In this document: positions 8,709 through 18,554 of the stretch, one piece after another
How positions within the stretch are numbered: the first letter of the stretch is position 1
Layout: each line of letters starts with the position of its first letter
NCBI GenBank assembly: GCA_964624605.1
Contig: CAZUXS010000001.1
Span: 1-61,525, forward strand
Direction: 5' to 3'
Origin: an uncultured Lachnospiraceae bacterium
Lineage (GTDB): Bacteria; Bacillota; Clostridia; Lachnospirales; CAG-274
DNA length: 61,525 nucleotides
Position numbers and translations under genes: made by a program
The notes under the pieces: generated by a model
Database searches by the model: none
Told to the model about the DNA's origin: nothing
What the model saw: the letters and a program-made list of their open reading frames with translations, nothing else

Positions 8709-9437
8709 ATGCCCAGATTTTTTGTAGATGAGAATAATATAAATGACCATATAATTACACTTGACGGTGAAAATGCAAACCACATTGCAGCGGTGTTGCG
8801 TTGCCGTGTGGGTGAGGAGATAACCGTCTGTGACGGAAAAGGCACGGATTACGTCTGTGAGATTGAAGAAGTGACCAAAAAGCTTGTGACGGCTAAAGTT
8901 GTGGATATTTGCAGTTGCGACAATGAGCCGTCTGTTAAAATAAAGCTTTATCAAGGCTTGCCAAAGGGCGACAAGATGGAGCTTATAATTCAAAAATGTA
9001 TTGAAATAGGCGTTGACAGCATTGTGCCCGTCAAAACGGAACATACTGTTGTGAAGCTTGACGGCAAGGAAGATAAAAAGGTGGCAAGATGGAATAAGAT
9101 TGCGGAAGCGGCGGCAAAGCAGTGCGGCCGTGGAAAAATACCCGTTGTGGAGAGTGTTATGAACTTCAGTGAGGCGATTGAGGATAGTAAAAAGCTTGAC
9201 AGAGTGATAATACCATACGAAAAGGAAACTAAAAACAACCTTAAGAGTTTCACAAGTGATTTCAAGGGTGAAACGATAGGCATATTCATAGGACCGGAGG
9301 GCGGTTTTGCCCAAAGTGAGGTTGAAAAGGCTGTTGAAAGCGGTGCAACTTCAATCACACTCGGCAAGAGAATATTGCGTACCGAAACGGCAGGGCTTGT
9401 TGCCTCCGTTATATTGTTGCACGAATTGGAGAATTGA
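8709..9437 (+). CDS. rsmE: 16S rRNA (uracil1498-N3)-methyltransferase
   Basis: The translation starts MPRFFVDEN..I.L.GE.A.HI..VLR and ends with the C-terminal GPEGGF...E......G....LG.RILRTETA motif. RBS gggagg lies 9 nt upstream of the ATG at 8709. Confidence 0.9.
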   Translation: MPRFFVDENNINDHIITLDGENANHIAAVLRCRVGEEITVCDGKGTDYVCEIEEVTKKLVTAKVVDICSCDNEPSVKIKLYQGLPKGDKMELIIQKCIEIGVDSIVPVKTEHTVVKLDGKEDKKVARWNKIAEAAAKQCGRGKIPVVESVMNFSEAIEDSKKLDRVIIPYEKETKNNLKSFTSDFKGETIGIFIGPEGGFAQSEVEKAVESGATSITLGKRILRTETAGLVASVILLHELEN

Positions 9438-9438
9438 T

Positions 9439-10569
9439 ATGATATATTTTGATAATGCGTCCACCACGGCTGTAAAGCAGGAAGTTATAGACTGTGTTTG
9501 CAATGAGCTTAAGGAGAGTTTTGCAAATCCGTCCGCTTTGCATGGCTTGGGATTTTCGGTTGAAAAAAAGATAACGGCGGCAAGAAAGAAAATTGCCGAT
9601 TTGCTCAAAGTGAGCGCCGATGAAATTTACTTCACAAGCGGTGGCACGGAGGCAAACAACACTGCCGTTTTGGGTGTTGCCGATGCCTACAAGGGCAGAG
9701 GAAACAGAGTCATAACCACAAGCATAGAGCATCCGTCCGTTGCCGACAGTTTTCGAAAGCTCGAAAGCATGGGTTTTGATGTGGTTGTGCTTGGTGTGGA
9801 CGAAAAAGGACATATAAGCCTTGAAGAGCTTGAAAATGCTTTGAACGATAAAACCATACTTGTAAGCATAATGTATGTCAATAATGAAGTCGGCAGTGTG
9901 CAGAATATGGAAGAAATAAGCAAACTGGTTAGGGCAAAAAGCAAGGCTGTTTTGCATACGGATTGTGTTCAGGCTTTCGGCAAGCATAATATACCCGCTA
10001 AAGCCGTGGATATGATTTCAATAAGCGGTCATAAAATAAATGCACCAAAGGGTATAGGTGCACTTTATGTGAAAAAAGGTGTGAGGTTTTCAAATTTGCA
10101 CCTTGGCGGAGGGCAGGAAAAAGGTCTGCGCCCCGGCACGGAAAACACGGCATCAATAATAGGCTTTGCGCTTGCGGCGGAGATTGCTTATAAAAATATG
10201 CAGAAAAATTATGAAAACTGCACGGCTGTCAAAACGGAGCTTTTGAAGATAACGGATAAACTTGAAAATGTTTATGTAAACGGCGATGAAAACGGCAGTG
10301 CGTATATTCTGAATTTGTCATTTGAGGGTGTCAAAGGTGAGGTGCTTTTGCACTCACTTGAAAATGACGGAATTTATGTTGCTACGGGTTCAGCCTGTTC
10401 GAGCCGAGTTAAGGAAAAGAAGAAAATAGCCGATATGTTGATTGACGGCAGAGGCGGCAGTGCGGTGAGATTCAGCTTCGGCGGTGATAATACCGTGGAT
10501 GAGGCAAAAAAGGCAGTTGAGGTGCTTGAAAAAACAGTACCCCTGCTTAGGAGATTTCAACCCAGATAA
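9439..10569 (+). CDS. nifS: cysteine desulfurase (NifS/IscS family)
   Basis: IYFDNASTT, the PLP lysine in SISGHKINAPKGIGALYV, and the active-site ATGSACSS are all present. The ATG at 9439 immediately follows the rsmE stop. Confidence 0.9.
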   Translation: MIYFDNASTTAVKQEVIDCVCNELKESFANPSALHGLGFSVEKKITAARKKIADLLKVSADEIYFTSGGTEANNTAVLGVADAYKGRGNRVITTSIEHPSVADSFRKLESMGFDVVVLGVDEKGHISLEELENALNDKTILVSIMYVNNEVGSVQNMEEISKLVRAKSKAVLHTDCVQAFGKHNIPAKAVDMISISGHKINAPKGIGALYVKKGVRFSNLHLGGGQEKGLRPGTENTASIIGFALAAEIAYKNMQKNYENCTAVKTELLKITDKLENVYVNGDENGSAYILNLSFEGVKGEVLLHSLENDGIYVATGSACSSRVKEKKKIADMLIDGRGGSAVRFSFGGDNTVDEAKKAVEVLEKTVPLLRRFQPR

Positions 10570-10583
10570 AAGAGGTTTTAAAT

Positions 10584-11762
10584 ATGAGAAATGTGTTGCT
10601 TGTTAAATATGACGGTGAGGTTGCCATGCGTGGCAGAAACCGCTATCTTGTGGAAAACCGTCTTATAAAAACATTGATTAAAAGACTTGATTTTTTGAAT
10701 GACTACAGAGTATATAAGGAACAGGGAAGAATTGTTGTGGTGAATGAGGTCGGTGAGTTTGACTATGAAGCGGTTATACCCGCAATTGTCAACGTAATCG
10801 GCGTTGTTGCCGTCTGCCCTTGCATAGAGGTGGATGACCAAAGCATTGAAAATTTGCGTGTGGCGGCACTTGACTTTTTCAAAAGTCAGTACCCCGACAG
10901 CGGTTTCAGCTTTAAGGTTGTGACAAAGCGTTCCGATAAGAGATATCCTCTCACGGGTAATGAGGTGAGTGCGGATGTCGGCGGATATATACTCAACAAC
11001 TGCGATAATCTTACGGTTGACGTGCATAATCCGGATGTTAAGCTTATGGTGGAGCTTAGGAACAATGCCTATATTTACAGCAAGCTTATAAAGGGCTTCG
11101 GTGGCTTGCCTTACGGATGCACGGGTAGGGCAACCGTTTTGATGTCGGGTGGTATAGACAGCCCCGTTGCCGCATTTTTGACGGCAAGACGAGGGGTTGA
11201 AGTGAATGCGGTGTATTTCGATTCACCTCCGTATACCTCCGAGAGAGCTAAGCAAAAGGTATTTGATTTGGCTGAACAAATTGCACTTTATACGGGCAGT
11301 ATGAAATTGTATGTTGTGCCTTTCACACAGACACAGCTCACACTTTATGAAAAAGCACCCGAGGATAAGACAACAATTATGCTCAAAAGGGCAATGCTTA
11401 AGGCTGCCGAGAAGATAGCCGAAAACGAAAAATCACTTGCACTTGTGACGGGCGACAGCTTGGGACAGGTGGCAAGCCAAACAATGGAGGCTATAAATGC
11501 CATTGATTCGGCTGTGCAAAGTATGCCTGTGCTCCGTCCTCTTTGTGCTATGGATAAGCAGGAAATAATAGACACGGCTAAGAAAATAGGTACTTATGAA
11601 ATTTCAATAAGACCTTTCGAGGATTGCTGCACGGTTTTTGTGCCTAAGCACCCCGAAACAAAGCCGAAAAGGCATATTATAGAAAAGATAGAAAGCAAGA
11701 TTGAAAATCTTGATGAATTGATAGATGAAGCTGTGAAAAACAGCGAGGTTCTGGAATTTTAA
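10584..11762 (+). CDS. thiI: tRNA 4-thiouridine synthase / sulfurtransferase ThiI
   Basis: A THUMP-like N-terminus and the PP-loop motif LMSGGIDSPVAA are present. The pairing with nifS is the classic arrangement. Confidence 0.9.
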   Translation: MRNVLLVKYDGEVAMRGRNRYLVENRLIKTLIKRLDFLNDYRVYKEQGRIVVVNEVGEFDYEAVIPAIVNVIGVVAVCPCIEVDDQSIENLRVAALDFFKSQYPDSGFSFKVVTKRSDKRYPLTGNEVSADVGGYILNNCDNLTVDVHNPDVKLMVELRNNAYIYSKLIKGFGGLPYGCTGRATVLMSGGIDSPVAAFLTARRGVEVNAVYFDSPPYTSERAKQKVFDLAEQIALYTGSMKLYVVPFTQTQLTLYEKAPEDKTTIMLKRAMLKAAEKIAENEKSLALVTGDSLGQVASQTMEAINAIDSAVQSMPVLRPLCAMDKQEIIDTAKKIGTYEISIRPFEDCCTVFVPKHPETKPKRHIIEKIESKIENLDELIDEAVKNSEVLEF

Positions 11763-11773
11763 CCAAAGGAGAA

Positions 11774-12244
11774 ATGTTAATGTATATAAATTACTTAGAC
11801 AGCGGCTTCGGTCTTATTGAAGTTACAGCTGATGATGAGGGCATAAATTCTGTTGCCTTTGTGGAAAAAATGGATATAATGAAAGCGGTAAAAGGCGGTA
11901 ACGAAGTGACTGAGGCGGCAGTGACACAGCTCAGAGAGTATTTCATGGGTGAAAGAAAAAGCTTTGATTTGAAGATAAAGCAGGATGGTACGGATTTCCA
12001 AAAGCAGGTATGGCAGGCACTTCCCAATGTGCCTTACGGTGAAACGATAACATACAGTGAAATTGCGGAAAAACTCGGCAATTCAAAGGCTGTAAGGGCG
12101 GTAAGTTCAGCAATAGCAAAAAATTCTCTTGCTGTGATTGTGCCTTGCCACAGAGTTGTGAGCAAGGATGGTTCTGTCGGAAGCTATGCTTGGGGAAGTG
12201 AAAGAAAGAATGCTTTAATTTCTTTTGAAAAAAGAAATGTATAA
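11774..12244 (+). CDS. ogt: methylated-DNA--protein-cysteine methyltransferase
   Basis: The active-site motif IVPCHRVV and the upstream YGET.TY.EIA motif are present. Confidence 0.9.
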   Translation: MLMYINYLDSGFGLIEVTADDEGINSVAFVEKMDIMKAVKGGNEVTEAAVTQLREYFMGERKSFDLKIKQDGTDFQKQVWQALPNVPYGETITYSEIAEKLGNSKAVRAVSSAIAKNSLAVIVPCHRVVSKDGSVGSYAWGSERKNALISFEKRNV

Positions 12245-12271
12245 AAATTATTCTTTGTGATTATACAAACA

Positions 12272-12323
12272 AAAATAAGGCAAGTTTGATGAAATTAAAT
12301 CGAAAGCTTTGCCTTATTTTTTT
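12272..12323. terminator. probable bidirectional terminator between convergent ogt and the SDR gene
   Basis: The stem ataaggcaa ... ttgccttat is flanked by an A-run and a T-run. The loop is long. Confidence 0.45.
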
Positions 12324-12346
12324 GCTTTGTAAATATATTTTTGAAC

Positions 12347-13081
12347 TTAGGTCAAACCGCCGTCCACACCTATAATCTGTCCGGTTATGTAGGTTGCTTT
12401 TTCGGCTAGGAAGAGTGCCATATCCGCAACCTCTTCCGTTTTGCCGAAACGCATAAGGGGTATTTCTTCGGCAAAATCCGCTTTTTCTTCTTCGGATAAC
12501 AGGCTGTTCATTTTGGTGTCTATTGCACCGCAGGCTATAGCGTTCACCCTTATGTTGCTTGGTGCAACCTCCTTTGCCATTGCCTTTGTGAAAGCGTTTA
12601 TTGCGCCTTTTGATGCGGAGTATACAGCCTCGCAGGAAGCACCCAAACTTCCCCACATGGAGGATATGTTTATTATGCAGCCGCTTTGATTTTTTATCAT
12701 ATTTTGAAGTGCTATGTGTGTGCAGTTGAAAACGGAGTTCAAATTCACATTCATGATATGCTGCCACTCATCGCTTTTCATAGTGTTGAAAAGCCCTATA
12801 TATGCTATGCCCGCGTTGTTTATCAATATATCAACCGTACCCAAATTTTTTTCAATATCCTCAAAAGCCGCCTTTGCCGCAGAGTAATCGGACACATCGC
12901 AGACTACGGAATATATGTTGGGATTTATGCTTTTAAGCTCTTTTTCCGTCTCTTTGAGTTCGGCTGCGGAGTTTGTGCAGTTGATGGCAACTCTGTATCC
13001 GTTTTTGGCAAATTCCTTTGCAATTGCCTTGCCTATGCCCCTTGATGAGCCTGTAACAAAAACTACATTTTTTCTTAACAT
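12347..13081 (-). CDS. SDR-family oxidoreductase (FabG-like 3-oxoacyl reductase)
   Basis: TGSSRGIG (TGxxxGxG), NNAG, and the YSASK catalytic Tyr/Lys are present. The start is taken at MLRKNVVFVTG, with ggagg upstream. Confidence 0.85.
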   Translation of the reverse strand: MLRKNVVFVTGSSRGIGKAIAKEFAKNGYRVAINCTNSAAELKETEKELKSINPNIYSVVCDVSDYSAAKAAFEDIEKNLGTVDILINNAGIAYIGLFNTMKSDEWQHIMNVNLNSVFNCTHIALQNMIKNQSGCIINISSMWGSLGASCEAVYSASKGAINAFTKAMAKEVAPSNIRVNAIACGAIDTKMNSLLSEEEKADFAEEIPLMRFGKTEEVADMALFLAEKATYITGQIIGVDGGLT

Positions 13082-13187
13082 TTTTACCTCCAAATCTTAA
13101 CATTTAACGGCAAAAATATATTGCCTTTTTGTTTGTTTAGTGTTATTATAACTCAATGGGGAAAAAATTTCAACAAGGGGAGTAAGT

Positions 13188-14546
13188 ATGCAATCAAATT
13201 ACAGAAAAACAGATAATTACAAAGATAAAAATTTTATAAGAAATTTATTTATGCTTGCTGCACCCATTACCGTACAGGAGCTTTTAAATTCGTCCGTAAA
13301 TATGATGGATACGTTTATGATAGGCAGGCTCGGGTCGGCACCCGTCACGGCTGTCGGACTGAGTAATCAGGTCTTTTTTTTATTGTCTGTGCTTATGTTT
13401 GGTATAAACAGCGGTGCGGCTATATTTATGGGTCAATATTGGGGTAAGGAAGATGTGAAAGGTGTGCACAAGGTAATGGGCATATCCTTTGTGCTTTCAA
13501 TGATTGTGGTGGCGTTTTTCTTTGCCGGAGCACAGCTTTATCCCAATGAGATAATGCACATATATTCAAAGGATTCGCAGGTTATACGCCTCGGCGTGCA
13601 GTATTTGAAAATAGTGAGTTTCAGCTATGTGCTGACGGGTATAATACAGTGTGCCAACTATTCGCTTAAATCAACGGGCAGTGCGGGTGTGCCTATGGTA
13701 TGCACCCTTGTTTCGCTTGTTTCAAACGTGGCACTTAACTATGTGTTTATATTTGTGGCAAATATGGGTGTTATGGGTGCCGCCTACGCAACTCTCATTG
13801 CAAGAACAATAGAGGTGCTTGTGCAATTTATGCTCATAACAATATTGAGAAAGCCTGTTGCCACATTAAAGATATGGGAATATTTTGCATGGGATATAAA
13901 ATTCCTGCCCGGATATTTCAAGGTGACTTTGCCGGTGCTTCTCAATGAGACTGCATGGGCGTTGGGTATGAGTGTCTACAATATTGCATATAAATATAAT
14001 GGTACTGTTGCACAAGCGGCGGTGCAGATTGCATCCGTGGTGCAAAATCTTGCGGTGAATTTCGGCATGGGCATAGGTCTTGCTTGTGGCATAATGGTGA
14101 CAAATGCCATAGGTGCCGGTGACAGAGGCAGAGCGATAAGTTATTCCAGACGATGTCCGAAAATAGGTGTTGCCTTTTGCATTGTGATAGGCATATTGCT
14201 TGCCGTTTATGCAAATGATATATCTCAGCTTTTCAGAATAAGCAATGAGGCGAGGTTATATGCTCGGTATATGATATATGTTGTGGCTGTCGGTACGGTT
14301 TTCAAAACGCTCAACTATATATACGTTATAGGCGTTTTAAGAAGCGGCGGAGATACAACATTTTGTCTTTTGCTTGATGCGGGCACTGTTTGGTTGATTG
14401 GTGTGCCTATGGCCTTTTTAGGTGCGGCGTTCCTTAATCTGCCCATATATATAACCTTTGCTATGGTTTATATTGAAGAGGTTGTTAAGGTGTTCATAGC
14501 ACACGCAAGAGTGAGCAAAAACAAGTGGGCAAAGAGGATTGTGTAA
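13188..14546 (+). CDS. MATE-family efflux transporter
   Basis: This is a 452-aa 12-TM protein. The N-terminus ...LAAPITVQELLNSSVNMMDTFMIGRLG is typical of MATE/NorM proteins. Confidence 0.85.
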   Translation: MQSNYRKTDNYKDKNFIRNLFMLAAPITVQELLNSSVNMMDTFMIGRLGSAPVTAVGLSNQVFFLLSVLMFGINSGAAIFMGQYWGKEDVKGVHKVMGISFVLSMIVVAFFFAGAQLYPNEIMHIYSKDSQVIRLGVQYLKIVSFSYVLTGIIQCANYSLKSTGSAGVPMVCTLVSLVSNVALNYVFIFVANMGVMGAAYATLIARTIEVLVQFMLITILRKPVATLKIWEYFAWDIKFLPGYFKVTLPVLLNETAWALGMSVYNIAYKYNGTVAQAAVQIASVVQNLAVNFGMGIGLACGIMVTNAIGAGDRGRAISYSRRCPKIGVAFCIVIGILLAVYANDISQLFRISNEARLYARYMIYVVAVGTVFKTLNYIYVIGVLRSGGDTTFCLLLDAGTVWLIGVPMAFLGAAFLNLPIYITFAMVYIEEVVKVFIAHARVSKNKWAKRIV

Positions 14547-14579
14547 TCACAGAAGAATATAATCCCATAATGAAAGGCT

Positions 14580-15851
14580 GTGATGATGATGGGTTTGTTT
14601 AAATGCAAGGTGGAAAACGATATAGAAGCTATGGACTTAAATGAGAAAAAAGCATTTAAAAAGGGCATAGTGCTCGGTGCACTTTGCACTGTTTGCGGTA
14701 TATTGCTTGCGGGCAATATAAGCATGGCTTACAGAATGATATTCAAAAAGGAAATAAACTACACAAGGAAGGCAAGAGAAATTTACAGCATACTCAAAAA
14801 TGATTATGTTGAGGATTTCACAAAGGAAGACCTTTATGACGGCATATATTACGGCATGGTTGGAAATGTTGCCGATAAATATTCACGCTATTTTTCAAAA
14901 GAGGACTACGAGGATTTTGAGGTGCACACAAACGGAAACTATGTGGGCATAGGTGTGAACATAGGTCTTGATGAAAACGGAAATATAATAATAACAAATG
15001 TGTATGAGGATTCACCTGCTCAAAAAAGCGGTTTGCAATCGGGTGACAGATTGCTCAAAGTGGATGGCACCGAATATAATACCGAAAATTACGATACTTT
15101 GACCGATGCCGTGCGTGGCAAGGCAGGCACGGATGTTGTGCTCACAATATACAGAAACAGCCAAACTTTTGATGTGACGGTGACAAGAGAAAAAGTGGAT
15201 ATACCTACGGTTGCATCTGTGATGCTAAAGGGCAACAATGATGAAAATATAGGTTACATAAGGATTAGCGGTTTTGAGGGTGTCACATCCGGACAGTTTG
15301 AACAGGCTTACAACAGCTTGACTCAAGAAGGTATGCAGGCACTTGTGATTGACCTTAGAAACAACCCGGGGGGACTTTTGACAAGTGTATCCGATATTGC
15401 GGATATGCTTATACCAAGGGGTGTCATAACCTACACGGAGGATAAAAAAGGCAAGAAAGACTATGTATATTCAAAGGACGGAGAAATTGAAGTGCCTCTT
15501 GCAGTGCTTGTAAACGGAAACAGCGCTTCCGCCTCCGAACTTTTATCAGCTGCCGTGCAGGATACGGGCAAGGGTGTTATAGTCGGCACAAATACATACG
15601 GCAAGGGTGTTGTGCAGTCAACATTTAACCTTACGGACGGCAGTGCCGTTAAGGTCACAACTGCAAAGTATTATACACCGAACGGAATATGTATTGACGG
15701 TGTCGGTATTAAGCCCGATATTGAGGTGGAGCTGAATCCGGATTATGTTTTACCCGATCTTTTAGGTAAAAAAGCATCCTACGATACACAGCTTGATAAT
15801 CAGCTTGCCGAGGGAATAAAGGCTGTTGAGGAAAAAATGAATAAAAATTGA
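14580..15851 (+). CDS. ctpA: S41-family carboxy-terminal processing peptidase with PDZ domain
   Basis: A TM anchor, a PDZ domain (GIGV....G.I.I..V...SPA...GL..GD.L..VDG), and the LVIDLRNNPGGLL and NGNSASASE catalytic regions are present. The start is uncertain (14580-14589). Confidence 0.85.
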   Translation: MMMMGLFKCKVENDIEAMDLNEKKAFKKGIVLGALCTVCGILLAGNISMAYRMIFKKEINYTRKAREIYSILKNDYVEDFTKEDLYDGIYYGMVGNVADKYSRYFSKEDYEDFEVHTNGNYVGIGVNIGLDENGNIIITNVYEDSPAQKSGLQSGDRLLKVDGTEYNTENYDTLTDAVRGKAGTDVVLTIYRNSQTFDVTVTREKVDIPTVASVMLKGNNDENIGYIRISGFEGVTSGQFEQAYNSLTQEGMQALVIDLRNNPGGLLTSVSDIADMLIPRGVITYTEDKKGKKDYVYSKDGEIEVPLAVLVNGNSASASELLSAAVQDTGKGVIVGTNTYGKGVVQSTFNLTDGSAVKVTTAKYYTPNGICIDGVGIKPDIEVELNPDYVLPDLLGKKASYDTQLDNQLAEGIKAVEEKMNKN

Positions 15852-15854
15852 TGA

Positions 15855-15907
15855 AAAAAATAACCTGTGAAAATCATTAAACGATTTTCACAGGTTAAGT
15901 TTTTTTA
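15855..15907. terminator. bidirectional rho-independent terminator
   Basis: A 14-bp perfect stem, aacctgtgaaaatc / gattttcacaggtt, is flanked by an A-run and a T-run between convergent genes. Confidence 0.8.
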
Positions 15908-16387
15908 TTCCGTTTTTGCCGCTTTCACGGTACCCTGACTGTTGATATAATCGGCGGTTATAGCTGCCGCCATTTCCACAAGCTCGGCACAGGGACGCTT
16001 TTTGTAGTATTCTTGTGTTCTCTTTTCGGGAGTCGGGTCACCCGTAGGTTTTTCAAGTCCCAACAGTTCCTTACATATTATAGAACCGTTTTGTTTTTTA
16101 AACTCATTTGCGACATACTGAATTCGTTTGTAATGCTCGGCTTTTTCACTTTGTGCCTTTGGGTCGGAGCTGCCGTAGAGCACACCTATTGTCATTGCCA
16201 TACCGCTGACCGCACCACAGACCTCTCTCATTCTGCCAAGTCCGCCGCCAAATGATGAGCTGAGCATAGCCGCTGTTTTTTCGTCTATATCGTATAAATC
16301 GGAAAAGGCAAGGAAAACCGCCTGAGCACAGTTGTAACCGTCTAAGAAGAGCTGCTTTGCCTTTTTTGAATATGCCGTTGAATCCAT
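15905..16387 (-). CDS. C_GCAxxG_C_C family redox-active protein
   Basis: GYNCAQAV...GGG.G....CGAVSG....RPCAELV is the conserved Cys pattern of this family. Confidence 0.75.
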   Translation of the reverse strand: MDSTAYSKKAKQLFLDGYNCAQAVFLAFSDLYDIDEKTAAMLSSSFGGGLGRMREVCGAVSGMAMTIGVLYGSSDPKAQSEKAEHYKRIQYVANEFKKQNGSIICKELLGLEKPTGDPTPEKRTQEYYKKRPCAELVEMAAAITADYINSQGTVKAAKTE

Positions 16388-16396
16388 AATTATCTC

Positions 16397-17308
16397 CTAA
16401 AATTCTATTTCTTTTAAGTATCTGCTCAAAGCATCCTGCCAAGTAGGCAACGGAGTAAAGCCGTTTTCAACGAGTTTACTTTTATCAAGTCTGCTGTTGA
16501 GAGGACGCACTGCCTTTGATACACCGTATTCCGCTGTTGTGACGGGGATAACTCCGGTGTTTAAGCCTGCCTTTTTGTATATTTCACGTGTGAAGTCATA
16601 CCAAGAAATATAGCCACCCTCATTTGTTGCATGGTAGTAGCCGTACTTATCGGTTTCAATCATATCCACGAGAAGTCTTGAAAGGTCATAGGTATATGTC
16701 GGTGTGCCGATTTGGTCGTTTACAACCCTTACTTTGTCGTGAAGCTTACCTATATTGAGCATCGTCTTTATAAAGTTTTTACCGTTTGAGCCGAAAACCC
16801 AAGCAATACGCACTATAAAATATTTGTCAAGCGTATGTGCAACAGCAAGCTCGCCCTCAAGCTTTGTTTGACCGTAAATATTGAGTGGCTCGTAGTTTTT
16901 GCAATCGGGCTTCCAAGGCTCGGTGCCTTGACCGTTGAAAACGTAATCCGTGCTTATATATACCATTTTACAATCAACTTTTTTGCACGCTCTGGCTATG
17001 TTTGCTGTGCCGCCTGCATTTATGGAACGTACTTTTTCAGCCATACTGTCATCTTCCGCTATGTCAACAGCCGTCCAAGCCGCACAATGTATAACGGCAT
17101 CAGGCTTTATTTTTTCAATTGTATTTTCAACAGCCTTTTCGTCGGTAATATCAAGCTGAATATAAGGCATTTGGCTTATAGCCGTTTTGTCTTGCGGCGT
17201 ATAATAAGGTGCAAGGTCGCTGCCTATGCCCTCATAGCCCTTCATTGCAAGCTTGTTCATAACATCGTGTCCGAGTTGCCCGGCAACTCCTGTTACCAAT
17301 ACTTTCAT
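16397..17308 (-). CDS. rfbD: dTDP-4-dehydrorhamnose reductase
   Basis: MKVLVTGVAGQLG (Rossmann fold), YISTDYVF, and YGQTKLEGE (YxxxK) are present. The start is taken at the internal M, with gaggtg upstream. Confidence 0.85.
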   Translation of the reverse strand: MKVLVTGVAGQLGHDVMNKLAMKGYEGIGSDLAPYYTPQDKTAISQMPYIQLDITDEKAVENTIEKIKPDAVIHCAAWTAVDIAEDDSMAEKVRSINAGGTANIARACKKVDCKMVYISTDYVFNGQGTEPWKPDCKNYEPLNIYGQTKLEGELAVAHTLDKYFIVRIAWVFGSNGKNFIKTMLNIGKLHDKVRVVNDQIGTPTYTYDLSRLLVDMIETDKYGYYHATNEGGYISWYDFTREIYKKAGLNTGVIPVTTAEYGVSKAVRPLNSRLDKSKLVENGFTPLPTWQDALSRYLKEIEF

Positions 17309-17494
17309 AATAACACCTCGCTTATTACATATATATTTAAAATTCATTCGTTATTTATAAGTAAATTATAACATCTTACGTGGAAAATAGCAACAAAAAA
17401 TATTTTAAAACTGTGGCAGTAAATGTCAGTAAATTTGAGTTATGATATATTCATCGGATAGATAATCCGAAAAAAATAAAAAGGAGATGGTAAT

Positions 17495-18541
17495 TTGAGC
17501 AAATTTGATTCTAAGAGTTTCAATCCTCAGGCATTTGGTGCCTATGTGGAGAGAATACCTCAGCTCAAGAAAAATGAACTTGTGAGGAGTAAGGCATTGA
17601 GAGGGAACAGTGAAATAAGAAATGCTTTCAGCTCGCAAACGGGTACAGCCTATGCAATATTGCCTATGTATGGTTTGCTTGGCGGTGATGCACTTAACTA
17701 TGACGGTGCAACGGATATTACGGCAACAACAACCGATACTTATGAAAGAGGTGTGGTTGTTGTGGGTAGGGCTAAGGCTTGGCTTGAAAATGACTTTTCG
17801 GAGGATATCACGGCAGGCGGCGGCTTTATGGATAACGTGGCAACACAGGTTGCGGCATATTTTGATGAAGTTGATCAGGATATTTTACTTTCAATATTGA
17901 GTGGTATATTTTCAATGACAGGTAAAGAAAATCTTGAATTTGTAAACAATCATACCTATGATATCACCGCTATCGGTGATGGTACGGTTGAACCCGCAAC
18001 TCTCAACAAAGCAATTCAGCAGGCAGGCGGTGACAACAAAAACAATTTCACAATTGCAATTATGCACTCCGAGGTTGCAACACAGCTTGAAAACCTCAAT
18101 TTGCTTGACTATCTTAAGCAGACGGATAAGGAAGGTATTCAGAGGGATATCGCACTTGCAACATGGAACGGAAGAGCTGTTTTGATTGATGATTCAATGC
18201 CTTATGAAGATGGTGAGGACGGAAAAACAAATTATACCACCTATATACTCGGTACGGGTGCGTTTGACTATGAAAACATAGGTGCAAAAGTGCCTTACGA
18301 AATGGCAAGAAATCCGGTAACAAACGGCGGTCAGGATACACTTTATGTGCGTCAAAGAAAAGTTTACGCACCATTTGGCATAAGCTATGTAAAGGTAAAT
18401 CAGCAGAGTCTTTCACCTACGAATAAGGAGCTTGCCGACGGTGAAAACTGGTCACTTGTAAACAACGGTGAAAAAGAACCCGTTTACATAAACCACAGGA
18501 GTATACCTATAGCCAGAATCATAAGCAAGGGCAGAGCATAA
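17495..18541 (+). CDS. major capsid protein, SPP1 gp13-like
   Basis: The TTG start is preceded by aaaggaga. The motif pattern parallels SPP1 gp13: F.P..F..YV, MPY..L.GD, RG.AW, VA.Y, IDDSMP.E..EDG....Y..G.GA..YE, ARN...G.D.L, PT..ELA.G.NW. Confidence 0.75.
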   Translation: MSKFDSKSFNPQAFGAYVERIPQLKKNELVRSKALRGNSEIRNAFSSQTGTAYAILPMYGLLGGDALNYDGATDITATTTDTYERGVVVVGRAKAWLENDFSEDITAGGGFMDNVATQVAAYFDEVDQDILLSILSGIFSMTGKENLEFVNNHTYDITAIGDGTVEPATLNKAIQQAGGDNKNNFTIAIMHSEVATQLENLNLLDYLKQTDKEGIQRDIALATWNGRAVLIDDSMPYEDGEDGKTNYTTYILGTGAFDYENIGAKVPYEMARNPVTNGGQDTLYVRQRKVYAPFGISYVKVNQQSLSPTNKELADGENWSLVNNGEKEPVYINHRSIPIARIISKGRA

Positions 18542-18554
18542 TTGAGGTGATTGT

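Noticed and set aside
8619-9314. Long antisense or alternative-frame ORFs inside well-supported genes: 8619..9314, 9409..9987, 10578..11027, 12261..12767, 21584..22204, 38422..38901, 43463..44260 and 60575..61144
   Set aside because: Each is fully embedded opposite to, or out of frame with, a gene that has clear family signatures. Their translations are compositionally odd (Cys/His/Phe-rich) and lack an RBS.
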